Shown here: positions 9,418 through 19,873 of the stretch, piece by piece
Layout of the letters: each line of letters opens with the position of its first letter
How positions within the stretch are numbered: position 1 is the stretch's first letter
DNA from: Planctomycetota bacterium
GTDB lineage: Bacteria; Planctomycetota; UBA1135; UBA2386
Assembly: GCA_965223545.1 (NCBI GenBank)
Contig: OZ245006.1
Coordinates: 1,408,001 to 1,472,000, forward strand
Length of the DNA: 64,000 nucleotides
Reading direction: 5' to 3'
Made by a program: the position numbers and the translations under genes
Notes under the pieces: model-generated
The model's database searches: none
Told to the model about the DNA's origin: nothing
What the model saw: the letters and a program-made list of their open reading frames with translations, nothing else

Positions 9418-10157
9418 GCCAGCTCCTCGGTGTCGCGCAGCAAGTAGCGGTAGGTTCTCTCGACCGCCCGACGGACGGCGGTCAGCTCCGCCGGCCGCAG
9501 ATCGGCGAACAGCTCCGCGTAGCGGACCGCGGGGTCCTCGACGTTGACCGTGGCCGCATTGTCACGGTGCAGGATCTTCTGGGCGAAATCGTTGTAGGCG
9601 AGCTGGCTCTCGTAGGCGGCCAGCGCGTGCTGCTTGACCTCGGCTTGCTCGGTCACGTCGAACATCGTGCCGCCCATCACCACCTGGTTGACGCCGAACA
9701 ACAGCACCCGACACTCCGGCGGCAGCAGGTCGGCGGCTTCGGCGACGGCCGCCGCCACCGCGCGGTGATCGCGGTGGGCCTCCGAGAAGAAGAAGCTGTA
9801 CAGCGTGCGCGGCGCGCACTCGGATACCACCGCGCGCACGTGCTCGGCGAGCGAGGCGGCGTGCTCGGGCAGCGCGCCGTCGGGCAACCCGAAGCTGCGC
9901 ACGTCGTCGACGCCGAGGCGGGCCAACGCTTCGCGGCCCTCGCGGCGGCGGACCGCGGCAATGTCGTCATAGCGCCCGCCCGGATCGCCCGCCGCGCCGT
10001 CGGTAGCGTGCACGACGGTCACCGCGTGGCCCTGGTGACGATGCCAGGCCAGCGTTGCTCCGGCGGCGATCACCTCGTCGTCGGGATGGGCCACCACCAC
10101 CAGCACCGGCGGCGCCAGCTCCTCGCGCGATCGCAGCGGCGGAAACAAGTGGTTCAT
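9414..10157 (-). CDS. PIG-L/LmbE family N-acetyl-sugar deacetylase
   Basis: VVVAHPDDE, ATDG, RRREGREA, AHRDH, KQHALAAYESQ. ATG at 10157 overlaps the upstream stop. Confidence 0.9.
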   Translation of the reverse strand: MNHLFPPLRSREELAPPVLVVVAHPDDEVIAAGATLAWHRHQGHAVTVVHATDGAAGDPGGRYDDIAAVRRREGREALARLGVDDVRSFGLPDGALPEHAASLAEHVRAVVSECAPRTLYSFFFSEAHRDHRAVAAAVAEAADLLPPECRVLLFGVNQVVMGGTMFDVTEQAEVKQHALAAYESQLAYNDFAQKILHRDNAATVNVEDPAVRYAELFADLRPAELTAVRRAVERTYRYLLRDTEELA

Positions 10158-11380
10158 CGGCAGACCTCGCGCGCGGCAGCATAGAGCGCTTGGTAGCGTT
10201 CCGCCGCATCCTCGATCGATGGGAACTTCGACGGGATCGCCGTCGCCAGCCGTGCCCGCCGCGCCGGTTCGCACAGCGAGGCCAGGGCGTTGCGCAGCGC
10301 ATCGGCGTCGCCCGCCGGCACGACCTCACCGCCGCCGCCGGCCACCCGTTCCGGCAACGCACCGGCGTCGGACACGACCGCTGGCACGCCGCGCGCCAGG
10401 GCCTCGTCGACGACCAGGCCGTAGGTCTCCTCGCACAGCGAGGGGAAGACGGCCAGATCGAGTGCGGTCGCCGGATGCTCACCGCCGACTTCGAAGGCGC
10501 CGTGGTCGATGACCCGCACCCCCAGCTCCGCGGCGCGTGCCAGCGTCGCACTGCGAAAGTCCCGGTCGAGAAAGCCCCCCGCGAGATGCAGCTCGGCGCC
10601 GTCCAGCCCGCGCATCGCCTCGACCAGCACCGACACCCCCTTGTCGGCGACCAGGTGACCGAAGGTGCCGATCCGCACCGGTGAGCCCTCGGCCGGCGCC
10701 GCTGCGCGCCGCTCGATGCGCTCCAACAGACCGTGCGGCACGACTTCGACCGCGACCGGCCACGGCAACAGCTGCGCCAAGCGGCGGGCGCAGGTCGCGC
10801 TCGGCGCGGTGACCGCCGCGGCAGCGCGCAGCTCACCGGCGACCTCACGGTCGCGGTTCGCGACCCCGAGCCGCAGCTTCCACAACGGCTCGCGCTCGAA
10901 CGATCGCTGCACGCAGGGGCCACACGCCTGGCGGTCGGTGCCCTCGGGACATGCCAGACCGTCCGGCGCGCGGCGAAAGAACCGCCCGCACGTCACCCAC
11001 AGATCGTGCAGCGTCGCCACCGTGGCCCGCCCTTCGGCCGAAGCGCGCCGCAGCAGACTGCTACTCAGGTTGGCCCAGTGATGGACGTGCACCAGCTCGA
11101 TGTCCCGCTCTCGCCACAGCCCGCTGATCACCGCCAACACACGCGGCCGCTCGATCTCCAGGCCGTAGCTCTCGTCGGCCTGGCGGGGCACGACCAAGAC
11201 CGGGATGCCGTCGACCTCGTGCCGGGTCACGTCCTCGCCCTGGTGCGGGCGCTCGCTGCCGGCGATGACGCAGACGTCGTGCCCCGCGGCCCGCAGCGCC
11301 CGAGCCAACGCGGCGACCACGCGCTCGGTGCCACCGCGAAACTCGGGCGGGAAGACGTTGCACATCAGCGCCACTCTCAT
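10154..11380 (-). CDS. Glycosyltransferase family 4
   Basis: FPPEFRGGTE, VHVHHW, TLHDLW, DKG, EETYGLVVDEALARGVP. Paralogue of 1415-2746. Confidence 0.9.
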   Translation of the reverse strand: MRVALMCNVFPPEFRGGTERVVAALARALRAAGHDVCVIAGSERPHQGEDVTRHEVDGIPVLVVPRQADESYGLEIERPRVLAVISGLWRERDIELVHVHHWANLSSSLLRRASAEGRATVATLHDLWVTCGRFFRRAPDGLACPEGTDRQACGPCVQRSFEREPLWKLRLGVANRDREVAGELRAAAAVTAPSATCARRLAQLLPWPVAVEVVPHGLLERIERRAAAPAEGSPVRIGTFGHLVADKGVSVLVEAMRGLDGAELHLAGGFLDRDFRSATLARAAELGVRVIDHGAFEVGGEHPATALDLAVFPSLCEETYGLVVDEALARGVPAVVSDAGALPERVAGGGGEVVPAGDADALRNALASLCEPARRARLATAIPSKFPSIEDAAERYQALYAAAREVCR

Positions 11381-12294
11381 GGCGCCAGGATCTCCCGGAC
11401 GAACTGGCGCAGCTCGGCCCGCGCCGCGCGCCGGTGCTCCGGATCGCGATGACGCCGGCCCAGTGCGATCCACTCCTCACACGCCCGCCAACGCGCCACC
11501 AGCCGCAGCAGCGGCACCGACCACCGCCCGTAGTGCTTGCGATAGTACGCGATCCGGTTGCGGAACCAGGTGACGACGAAGCTGCGGTAGCCCTTGGTCG
11601 ACGCGCCGCCGTGGTGCGTGACCTCAGCCGCCGCCAGGTAGTGGATCCGGCGCCCGCGCTGCCAAAGTCGCTTGCACAGGTCGACGTCGTTGAAGAACAG
11701 GAACAGCTCCTCATCGAGCCCGCCCATCGCCAGGTACTCAGCGCGTGCCATGGCGAAACAGGCTCCCGGCGGCTGGTCGACATCACGGCTCGACTGGTGG
11801 TCGAAGTCGCGCATGTGGTAGCGGTCGTCGACCCACGAGCCAGGCCAGAACCGGGCCAAGAACGTGTCGTAGCAGAGTGCGGTCAAGAGCCCCGGAAAGC
11901 GCATGCAGGCACGCTGGACGGTGCCGTCTAGGTTGACCAGTTTGGGCGCCACCGCCCCGTGGCTCTCGTTGTCGATGAGGAAGTCGACCAAGCGATCCAA
12001 GGCGCCCGGATGCACATCGGTGTCGGAGTTGAGCAGGCAGACGTACTCACCGTTCGCGGCCTCCGCGCCCTGGTTGTTGCCGCCGGCGTAGCCGCGGTTC
12101 TTGTCGTTGCGCAGCAGGCGGACGCCGTCCAGGGCAGCGATCGCGTCGGCCGACCCGTCCTCGCTGGCGTTGTCCACGACGACGATCTCCCGCGCGTGGC
12201 GCGGCCGCTCGCGCAGCAGCGACCCCAGACATGCCAGGGTCAGCTCCCGCGTGTTCCACGACAGCACGACGACCGACAGCCGAACACTGCTCAC
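11377..12294 (-). CDS. Glycosyltransferase family 2 (WbbL-like)
   Basis: LSVVVLSWNT, VVDNASEDGS, NRGYAGGNNQG, LLNSD, GACF, FLFFNDVDLC. Confidence 0.9.
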   Translation of the reverse strand: MSSVRLSVVVLSWNTRELTLACLGSLLRERPRHAREIVVVDNASEDGSADAIAALDGVRLLRNDKNRGYAGGNNQGAEAANGEYVCLLNSDTDVHPGALDRLVDFLIDNESHGAVAPKLVNLDGTVQRACMRFPGLLTALCYDTFLARFWPGSWVDDRYHMRDFDHQSSRDVDQPPGACFAMARAEYLAMGGLDEELFLFFNDVDLCKRLWQRGRRIHYLAAAEVTHHGGASTKGYRSFVVTWFRNRIAYYRKHYGRWSVPLLRLVARWRACEEWIALGRRHRDPEHRRAARAELRQFVREILAP

Positions 12295-13526
12295 CGGGGT
12301 CCGGTCTCCTGTGGCTGCGGTGACGCTCCCGAGCCACGGGCAGCGCCGTCCGGCGGTGGCGGCAGCCGCTCGAACTCGTAGACCCCGAGCTCTTCGGGCT
12401 CCCCGCCAGCGATGTCACACACGCGGAAGTAGAAGGTCGTCACGCCGAAGTTGTCGAACAGCTCATCGGACGGCGTCCAGCGATCGCCGCTGCCGAAGCA
12501 GCCGGCCGCCAGGTAGAAGCGCTGGTCGAGTGAGATCTCGACGACGAACCGCGCGGCCGGGCGCGGCAGCTCGAGCGTCGGCTTGCCGGTGCTCGGCGCC
12601 ACCCGACGCAAGCCGGGCTGCGGTGCGCGCGCCGCGCGCCGCTGACCCCACGCGCTCTCCAGCACTCCACGACTCAACCGTTGCAGCCAATCGCCCAAAC
12701 GCCCGTACCACTTGCGGTAGTAGAGCGCCCGGCTGGTCCAGTAGCGCGCCATCGCCTCGTCGGCGTTGGTCTGCCCCGAGCGGTTGTACAGGTGCACGAG
12801 CCGCGCGCCGGCGACCTGGACGATGCGCTTGCCCGCGCGGCGAATGCGGACCGACAGGTCGGTGTCCTCGTAGTACAGCGGGAAGCGTTCGTCGAAGCGA
12901 CCAACCTCCTCGAAGAACGCCGTCCGCATCAGGAAGCAGCAGCCCGACAGCATGTCGAGCTCGATCGGCTCGGATGCGGTCCACACCCGCACTGCCTCTC
13001 TCGTGCGCCGCTGTGAGTAGCGCCGCACTCCGGCGGCCCCCAAGCCGGCGCGCGTCACGCCCCAGAGATCGGCCAGCGTCGGCAGGATGTTGGGCGGCAG
13101 CCGGCAATCGAGGCCGCGATCCCAGAAGCCCTCCGGCGCCGCCGCTCCACAGTCCTCGCGCGCCTCCATGTAGCGCAGCAGCCGGTCGACACAGCCCTCG
13201 AGGAACACCACGTCCGGGTTGCTGATCAGCGTCCATCGCGTGCCGCGCGCGTGCCGGTGCGCCAGGTTCATGCCGGTCGAGTAGCCGCCGTTCTCGCCGT
13301 GCAGGACGAGCGTGCCACCGATGCGCGTAACGAAGCGCGTCGCTCGCTCGCGATGCTCCGGATCGTCCTGCGGGCTGGCGTTGTCGACGACCACGACCTC
13401 ATGCGGCATCACCGTGCCATCCGCGCGCCGCGGTGGATGGCGCAGCAGCGACTCCAGCGCCAGCGCGCAGACCCGCCAACTGTTGTAGTTGACGATCAGC
13501 ACCGAGAGCTCGGGAGCGGCAGTCAC
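12291..13526 (-). CDS. Glycosyltransferase family 2 with C-terminal extension
   Basis: LSVLIVNYNS, VVDNAS, ENGGY, ISNPD, SGCCF, FDERFPLYYEDTDL. Confidence 0.9.
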   Translation of the reverse strand: MTAAPELSVLIVNYNSWRVCALALESLLRHPPRRADGTVMPHEVVVVDNASPQDDPEHRERATRFVTRIGGTLVLHGENGGYSTGMNLAHRHARGTRWTLISNPDVVFLEGCVDRLLRYMEAREDCGAAAPEGFWDRGLDCRLPPNILPTLADLWGVTRAGLGAAGVRRYSQRRTREAVRVWTASEPIELDMLSGCCFLMRTAFFEEVGRFDERFPLYYEDTDLSVRIRRAGKRIVQVAGARLVHLYNRSGQTNADEAMARYWTSRALYYRKWYGRLGDWLQRLSRGVLESAWGQRRAARAPQPGLRRVAPSTGKPTLELPRPAARFVVEISLDQRFYLAAGCFGSGDRWTPSDELFDNFGVTTFYFRVCDIAGGEPEELGVYEFERLPPPPDGAARGSGASPQPQETGPR

Positions 13527-13586
13527 TGGAGGTTCATCGGATGGTGCAACGCACCGGGCTGAACCCGGCTCGGCCGCCCTCCCGGC

Positions 13587-14117
13587 TCACGAGCCGAGTC
13601 GGTTGCGGGTCTGCTCGAAGCTCCGCCGGTCCGCCTCCGTCTCCGGCCGCAACCGACCGAAGAAGCGCAGCTGCAACTTGGCCATCAGGTGGTTCTCCAT
13701 GTCCACATCCTGGCCATCGGGCTCCCAATCGTCCTCTTTCGGTTCGAACCCACCGGCCATGTTCTCGACAATCTGCCGCTCGACCTGCAGCCGAACTCGC
13801 CAGCCGGCTGCTTCTTCGTGCTCGAATTCGGCGTGCACGCGGCGCCGCACGCTGCCGCGGAACGGCATGGCCCGCGTGCGCCAGCGGGTCTTCAGCTGGC
13901 GCAGCCCGCGATCACTGGCAACCGGGTCGACGGCCATGCCATCGACCTCGACGATGTCGACCACCGCGCCCCACACGTCTTCGAACAGCAGCTCGCCAGC
14001 CGGCATCTCGCGCCACTCGACCTCACGCCACGGCGTGCAGGCACTCATCGCGAGCGCGGCGACGGCACACGACGCGATGCGGAGCAGGACTGCACCTTGA
14101 TGGCCGGCGATGGACAT
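13587..14117 (-). CDS. Hypothetical lipoprotein
   Basis: Lipobox-like ALAMSAC after a hydrophobic stretch, followed by a globular-looking domain with host codon bias. Start is uncertain. Confidence 0.6.
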   Translation of the reverse strand: MSIAGHQGAVLLRIASCAVAALAMSACTPWREVEWREMPAGELLFEDVWGAVVDIVEVDGMAVDPVASDRGLRQLKTRWRTRAMPFRGSVRRRVHAEFEHEEAAGWRVRLQVERQIVENMAGGFEPKEDDWEPDGQDVDMENHLMAKLQLRFFGRLRPETEADRRSFEQTRNRLGS

Positions 14118-14199
14118 GGACGACTCCAGAATGCGCGGCGCCGGTCCAGTGTCAAGGCTGGCGCGGCGCGGGAGCTGCGCCGACAGTGGCGGCGAGCCG

Positions 14200-14880
14200 A
14201 TGCCTCCCCCCACCGACCTGCCGCTGCCCCGCGCGATGCTGTTCGACCTCGACGGCACGCTGGTCGACAGCCTGCCCGATCTGGCGACGAGCACCAACCA
14301 CCTGCGACGGGCGTTCGACCTGCCGCCGGTGACCGACAGCACGGTCCGCGGCTGGATCGGCGACGGGGCCCTGTGGCTGATGCGGCGCGCCCTGGCCGAG
14401 CGTGGAGACTTCGCGCCGCTCGCCGAGCGTGCCACGGCGGTGTTCGCAAACCACCACGCGAAGCAGTGCACGCAGCTAGTTCGACCCTACCCCGGAGTCG
14501 AGCGCTGCCTCGACCGGTGGCGCGCCGCCGGCTGCCGGCTCGGCTGCGTCACCAACAAGCCGGGGCGGTTCGCAACGGCCATTCTCGACCACCTCGGGCT
14601 GGCCCCACGCCTCTCCACCGCCGTGTTCGGTGACACTCTGCCAACCAAGAAGCCCGACGCCGCGCCGGTGCGGCACGCGCTCGCCGAGCTGGAGGTCGAT
14701 GCCGCGGACGCCCTCCTGGTCGGGGATGGGGTGCAGGACCTGCGCGCCGGCCGGGCCGCCGGTGTTCGCACCGCGGCGGTGCTGTTCGGCTTCGGCGACG
14801 CCGACCGGCTGCGCGCGGAGGGCGCCGACGAGTTCTGGCCCGCCTTCGGCGACCGCCGGCGGCCGAGCGGCGGCGACTGA
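14200..14880 (+). CDS. gph: HAD-family phosphoglycolate phosphatase
   Basis: FDLDGTLVDS, WIGDG, VTNKP, KKPD, LVGDGVQD. Confidence 0.8.
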   Translation: MPPPTDLPLPRAMLFDLDGTLVDSLPDLATSTNHLRRAFDLPPVTDSTVRGWIGDGALWLMRRALAERGDFAPLAERATAVFANHHAKQCTQLVRPYPGVERCLDRWRAAGCRLGCVTNKPGRFATAILDHLGLAPRLSTAVFGDTLPTKKPDAAPVRHALAELEVDAADALLVGDGVQDLRAGRAAGVRTAAVLFGFGDADRLRAEGADEFWPAFGDRRRPSGGD

Positions 14881-14948
14881 GGCGAACCGGCTACCGCGCC
14901 GACCCGGTGTTGGTGTGGTCCGCCGAAGCGGCTACGGTTTGGCCCGCG

Positions 14949-16529
14949 ATGAACTTGGCGGCGGTGGCGCGCATGCTGGCGGGCTTCGCCCTCTTCTTCT
15001 CGTTGGCGCAGGCGATCCCCCTGGTGCTGGCGCTGGTCGAGGACGAGGGTCACGAATTCGACGCGCGGGCTGCGTTCACCGGAAGCCTCGCCGCCGGCGC
15101 CGTGCTCGCGTTCGCGCTGTGGCTGCTCGGCCGCCGCTGCACCGCCGAGTTCTACCGGCGCGAGGGACTCGCGGTCGTCGGCCTCGCCTGGATCGGCGCC
15201 GCCGCCCTCGGCGCTGTGCCGTTCGTGTGGGCGGGAGCACTGGCACCGGTCGACGCGTGGTTCGAGTCGGTCAGCGGCCTGACCACGACTGGTGCTTCGA
15301 TCCTGGGCGCGGCCGGCATCACTCCCGCGATCGAGGCGTTGCCGGACAGCCTGCTGCTCTGGCGCGCGATGCTGCAGTGGTTCGGCGGCATGGGCATCAT
15401 CCTGGTGTTCTTGGTGCTGCTGCCGGCGATGGGAGTCACCGGCAAGAACCTGCTGTCCTCCGAGCAGATCGGCATCGCCGACTCGAGCCAACGACCACGC
15501 CTGCAGGAGCAGGCACGCGCGCTGTTCACGGTCTACGTCGTCCTCACCGCGACCGAGGCGGTGCTGCTGCGCGCGGTCGGCATGGAGCGGTGGTTCGACT
15601 GCATCTGCCACGCGTTCACGACGATGGCGTCGGGCGGCTTCTCCACCCGCAACGCATCGATCGCCGCGTTCGACAGCGTGGCGATCGAGCTGGTCATCGT
15701 CTTCTTCATGTTCTTGGCCGGCACCAGCTTCGCGCTGCTGCTCGCGCTGGCCAAGAGCCGCTTCCGCGACTACGGCTCGCTGTGGGGCAGCCCGGAGTTT
15801 CGGCTGTACCTCGGTTTGACCGTCGGCCTGATCATCGCCAACACCCTGATCCTGTTCAGCTGGGGCGAGCCGATGCACGACGCGGCATCGGGGGGGATGA
15901 AGGACTACGGCGACTTCGGCACCTGCTTGCGCGACGCCACCTTCTCCGTGGTCAGCCTGCTGACCTCGACCGGCTACGGCAGCTCCGACTACCAGAACTG
16001 GCCGCACCCCGCGATCCTGCTGATGATGATGAGCATGTTCATCGGCGGCTGCTCCGGCTCGACCGCCGGTGGGGTCAAGGTCGTGCGCGCGCTCGTGGTG
16101 TGCAAGCTGATCGGCTACACCGTGCGCCACTACTTGCGGCCGAAGAGCGTCGAGAAGGTCAAGGTCGGCAGCACGGTCGTACCGAACGGCGTCATCAGTT
16201 CGATCGTCACGCTCGTGTTGATGGCGGGCATCTCGATCCTGGTCGGCGCGTTCGTGCTGGCGTTCGATTCCCGCCTCGACTTCACCTCCGCGCTGACGTC
16301 GAGCCTGAGCATGATCGGCTGCACCGGCCCGGCGCTGACCGACGTCCACCCCATCGGGGACGGCGCGTTCGAAGTGGTCAACCGCGTCGGCATCAACGTC
16401 GGGCCCTGCGGCACGTTCGGCACGATGACGGCGTTGTCGAAGATCACGATGACCTGCCTGATGCTGCTCGGCCGACTCGAGCTGCTGGCGCTGATCGTGC
16501 TCGTTCTCCCCGGGCTGTGGCGCCGCTGA
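14949..16529 (+). CDS. trkH: Trk-system potassium uptake membrane protein
   Basis: FESVSGLTTTGAS, LQWFGGMG, TMASGGFS, TSTGYG, FIGGCSGSTAGGVKVVR, MLLGRLEL. Confidence 0.92.
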   Translation: MNLAAVARMLAGFALFFSLAQAIPLVLALVEDEGHEFDARAAFTGSLAAGAVLAFALWLLGRRCTAEFYRREGLAVVGLAWIGAAALGAVPFVWAGALAPVDAWFESVSGLTTTGASILGAAGITPAIEALPDSLLLWRAMLQWFGGMGIILVFLVLLPAMGVTGKNLLSSEQIGIADSSQRPRLQEQARALFTVYVVLTATEAVLLRAVGMERWFDCICHAFTTMASGGFSTRNASIAAFDSVAIELVIVFFMFLAGTSFALLLALAKSRFRDYGSLWGSPEFRLYLGLTVGLIIANTLILFSWGEPMHDAASGGMKDYGDFGTCLRDATFSVVSLLTSTGYGSSDYQNWPHPAILLMMMSMFIGGCSGSTAGGVKVVRALVVCKLIGYTVRHYLRPKSVEKVKVGSTVVPNGVISSIVTLVLMAGISILVGAFVLAFDSRLDFTSALTSSLSMIGCTGPALTDVHPIGDGAFEVVNRVGINVGPCGTFGTMTALSKITMTCLMLLGRLELLALIVLVLPGLWRR

Positions 16530-16542
16530 ACGGAGCAACACG

Positions 16543-17577
16543 ATGCAAACCCGACGCTGGCAGCTGCACGACTTCGGCGAAAGCCACCTCCGGCTGGAGA
16601 CGGCTGCAATGCCGGAGCCCGGGCCGGGCGAGGTGCGCATCGCGGTGCGCGCCCTGAGCCTGAACTACCGCGACCTGCTCGTCATCCGCGGCCAGTACAA
16701 CCCTCACTTCGCCCTGCCGGCGACGCCGATCAGCGACGCCGCCGGGGTCATCGACGCGGTCGGCGAGGGAGTGGACCGCGACCGCTTGGGCGAGCGCGTG
16801 GCGACCCTGTTCGTCTCCGGCTGGCAGGACGGCCCGTTCTCGGCCTCACACCTCGCCACCACGCTCGGCCTGCCCGGACCGGGGGTGGCGGCCGAGCATG
16901 TCGTGCTGCCGGCGACGGCGGCGGTGCCGATCCCCAACGCGATCGATGACGGCGCGGCGTCGACCCTGCCCATCGCCGGCCTGACCGCGTGGACGGCGCT
17001 GTCGCAGCTGCCCACCGATACCGGAGACCCCACACCATTGCGCGGACGCACGGTCCTGACGCTGGGCACGGGCGGAGTGTCGGTGTTCGCCATCCAGCTC
17101 GGCACGGCGCTCGGCGCCCGCGTCTTGGTCACCAGCAGCAGCGATGCCAAGCTCGAACGGGCGCGGTCGCTCGGCGCAGAGCAGGGCTTCAACTACGCGC
17201 GCGAGCCGCGCTGGGACAAGGCCGTGCTCGCCGCCACCGGCGGCCACGGCGTCGACTTGGTGGTCGAGAACGGAGGAGCCGGCACGCTGAGCACCTCGCT
17301 GCGGTGCGCCCGCGCCGGCGGGCACATCGCCCTGCTCGGCGCGCTGACCGGGCTGCGCGCCGAGATCGACATCGCCCCCCTGGTGATGAAGCAGCTCTGT
17401 GTGCGCGGTGTCATGGTCAACCACCGGGCCGCGTTCGAGCGATTGATCGCTGTGGTGGCCGAGCGCGCGATCGCACCCGTGATCGAGACACGCTACTCGT
17501 TCGACGCGCTCCCGGCGGCGCTCGAGCACATTTCCAGCGGCCGCCACCTCGGCAAAATCGTCATCGACGTGGGCTGA
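16543..17577 (+). CDS. NAD(P)-dependent MDR-family oxidoreductase (zinc-type alcohol dehydrogenase-like)
   Basis: SLNYRDL, PISDAAG, LPIAGLTAW, LGTGGVSVFA, HLGKIVI. Confidence 0.88.
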   Translation: MQTRRWQLHDFGESHLRLETAAMPEPGPGEVRIAVRALSLNYRDLLVIRGQYNPHFALPATPISDAAGVIDAVGEGVDRDRLGERVATLFVSGWQDGPFSASHLATTLGLPGPGVAAEHVVLPATAAVPIPNAIDDGAASTLPIAGLTAWTALSQLPTDTGDPTPLRGRTVLTLGTGGVSVFAIQLGTALGARVLVTSSSDAKLERARSLGAEQGFNYAREPRWDKAVLAATGGHGVDLVVENGGAGTLSTSLRCARAGGHIALLGALTGLRAEIDIAPLVMKQLCVRGVMVNHRAAFERLIAVVAERAIAPVIETRYSFDALPAALEHISSGRHLGKIVIDVG

Positions 17578-17706
17578 CGCAGGGCCGCGCGGACGATCCG
17601 ACAAAACTGGCACGCCGGGTGTTGATTCGAGTTCCTTCCTGCCGTGATCCCTCTCGGCAGGTCGACGGCACGCGCGCTGCGAGCTTGGCCTGCTCTCCGT
17701 CTCCCC

Positions 17707-19845
17707 ATGCTCTCCATCTGTCGTTCCTGGGTCGCGGTCGCCATCGTCGCGGCCGCCGCCCACGCCCAATCGTTCGTCACCCAGCCAGACACAGCCCCCC
17801 GCGGTGCGAGTGTGGGTGCGTACGATCCGATCCGGGCACGCGCTGTGGTTTGCAATCCACGCAACCCCAGCACCAAAGCGCAAACGTGGGAGTGGGATGG
17901 GGCCTGGTTGCCCCGGACCTACCAAGACCCCGGCGGCAGGGCGACGTTCGATCCGCTGGCTCGACACATCGTCGCCTTCAGTGGCACATACACTCTGATC
18001 TGGCAAGGCGAGCGGTGGAAGGGCGCCACTGCGCTGCAATCACCTTCGCCGAGGTCCGGGTTCGGGCTCTGTTTCGACCCCGTCCGCGGTCGGGTGATCC
18101 TGTTCGGCGGTAGCCGACGCGGCGGCGGCGCGATGTGGGAGTGGTACGGCAACACTTGGCTCGAAATCCAACCCTCGCTCACGCCGCGCACCCAGGTCGA
18201 CGTTTCGCTGGTTTGGGACGAGGCCCGCAACCGCGCCGTGCTGGTCGGCGGCGAGGCGGTCTCTCCAACCGAGGGGACCTGGGAGTGGGATGGCACCAAC
18301 TGGCGCCAGGCGTCGTGGTCCCGGCCGACCGCTGAGTACGGAGTGACCGCTTGGTTCGACCCCGTGCGGCGCCGCGTGATGGCCTACGGCGGCCGTTCGC
18401 CGTCGGCCGGAACGGTGGCAGGCTTGTCCGAGTGGACCGGGTCGACCTGGCGTCCGGTCGCGGGATCCATCGGTCCCCGAGACTCGATGGTGGCGATCCC
18501 AATCCCGGGCCAGCGGCGCACACTGTTGGTTGGCGGTGGCAGCGGGGTCGCGCCCAACCGCACCGAGTTCCACGACGTTTGGCAGTACGACGGCACGGCT
18601 TTCCGCAAGCTGAACGACCAGCCGCACTCGATGCCCCATTTGCAAGCTGTGTACGACGCATCGCGCGACGAGTCCATCGTCTTCGGCGTCGACGACAGCT
18701 CGAGCTCACAGAGCTCAGCGACCTGGCTTTGGGACGGCACTTGGCGGCGCAGTCGCAGCCCGGGCCCCAGCCTTCGCGCCCACCCCGGTCTCGCACACGA
18801 CCCGCTCCGGCGCACGACCGTGCTGTTCGGCGGGGAGCTGCCCAACTCGGGCGGCACCACGGTGTTCGCCGACACGTGGGAGTGGGGCGGGTTGGGGTGG
18901 CGGAAGTTCAGCCCGGCGACCTCGCCAAGCCCGCGCGCGGGCGCAGGCATGGTGTTCGACCAAACCCGGGGCCGCGTCATCCTGTACGGAGGCTACACCT
19001 GGTATGGCGCGGTCGCCAACGACACCTGGGAATGGGACGGGACCAACTGGCAACAGCTGGCCACGACCGGTCCGCTGCCACGCTCTGGGTCGTCCATGGC
19101 GTACGACCCGGTGCGCCGTCGGGCGGTGCTGTTCGGCAGCCGGAGAGGAATGACCGACACGTGGGAGTGGGACGGAACGCAGTGGCTGCAACGCATGCCG
19201 GCGACCACTCCCCCGGCCCTTACGTTTCCCCCGATGACCTACGACGCCGTCCTCGGCAAGGTCGTCATGGTCGGAGGAGGTCCCCTGAACGACATCTGGT
19301 ACTGGGACGGCTTCGACTGGTCGCCCGGCGGTCGAGTGGGATCGCGCTCCGTTCTCTTGTCGCCCTCGTCGCTCGTGCACGACCGCCGCCGCAGCCTCAC
19401 TTATCTGCTCGACCCCTCGCCCTACACAGGGTCGGCCCCGACGGTCTCCGTCCTCGGTAGCCCCGCCGCGAGCACGGCGGCGATGTCGGTGTGCGCTCTC
19501 CCGGGACCGCGCTTGGTCCCCATCGACCAACCACGCGTTTCGGGCAGTCGGATCACGCTCGATCTGTACGGCGGCCTCGCCAACGCGCCCGCTGTGATGG
19601 TGTTCTCCGGTGCACGCGCCAGCCTGCCGTGGGGCAACTGTTCGATCGCCATCGATTGGACCGGCCGCTTTGCGGATGCGTTGATCGGCCTGGGGCAAAC
19701 TGGCTTCGGCACACTGCCGCTGCGGATCCCGCGCGCCCCGACACTTGCCGGCGCAGCCGTGCACGTGCAGGGCTTCAGCTGGGACCCCGCCGCGCCGTTC
19801 TCGATCCAACCCAGCGGTGTCGTCGATCTGAATTTCGGCTACTGA
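17707..19845 (+). CDS. Secreted Kelch-like beta-propeller repeat protein
   Basis: Signal peptide ending AAAHA-Q, about a dozen YDP.R.R.VLFGG...TWEWDG repeats, and a C-terminal ~110-aa beta domain. Confidence 0.8.
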   Translation: MLSICRSWVAVAIVAAAAHAQSFVTQPDTAPRGASVGAYDPIRARAVVCNPRNPSTKAQTWEWDGAWLPRTYQDPGGRATFDPLARHIVAFSGTYTLIWQGERWKGATALQSPSPRSGFGLCFDPVRGRVILFGGSRRGGGAMWEWYGNTWLEIQPSLTPRTQVDVSLVWDEARNRAVLVGGEAVSPTEGTWEWDGTNWRQASWSRPTAEYGVTAWFDPVRRRVMAYGGRSPSAGTVAGLSEWTGSTWRPVAGSIGPRDSMVAIPIPGQRRTLLVGGGSGVAPNRTEFHDVWQYDGTAFRKLNDQPHSMPHLQAVYDASRDESIVFGVDDSSSSQSSATWLWDGTWRRSRSPGPSLRAHPGLAHDPLRRTTVLFGGELPNSGGTTVFADTWEWGGLGWRKFSPATSPSPRAGAGMVFDQTRGRVILYGGYTWYGAVANDTWEWDGTNWQQLATTGPLPRSGSSMAYDPVRRRAVLFGSRRGMTDTWEWDGTQWLQRMPATTPPALTFPPMTYDAVLGKVVMVGGGPLNDIWYWDGFDWSPGGRVGSRSVLLSPSSLVHDRRRSLTYLLDPSPYTGSAPTVSVLGSPAASTAAMSVCALPGPRLVPIDQPRVSGSRITLDLYGGLANAPAVMVFSGARASLPWGNCSIAIDWTGRFADALIGLGQTGFGTLPLRIPRAPTLAGAAVHVQGFSWDPAAPFSIQPSGVVDLNFGY

Positions 19846-19873
19846 ACGCGCCCCGCGGTGGTCGCCGCTGGGC

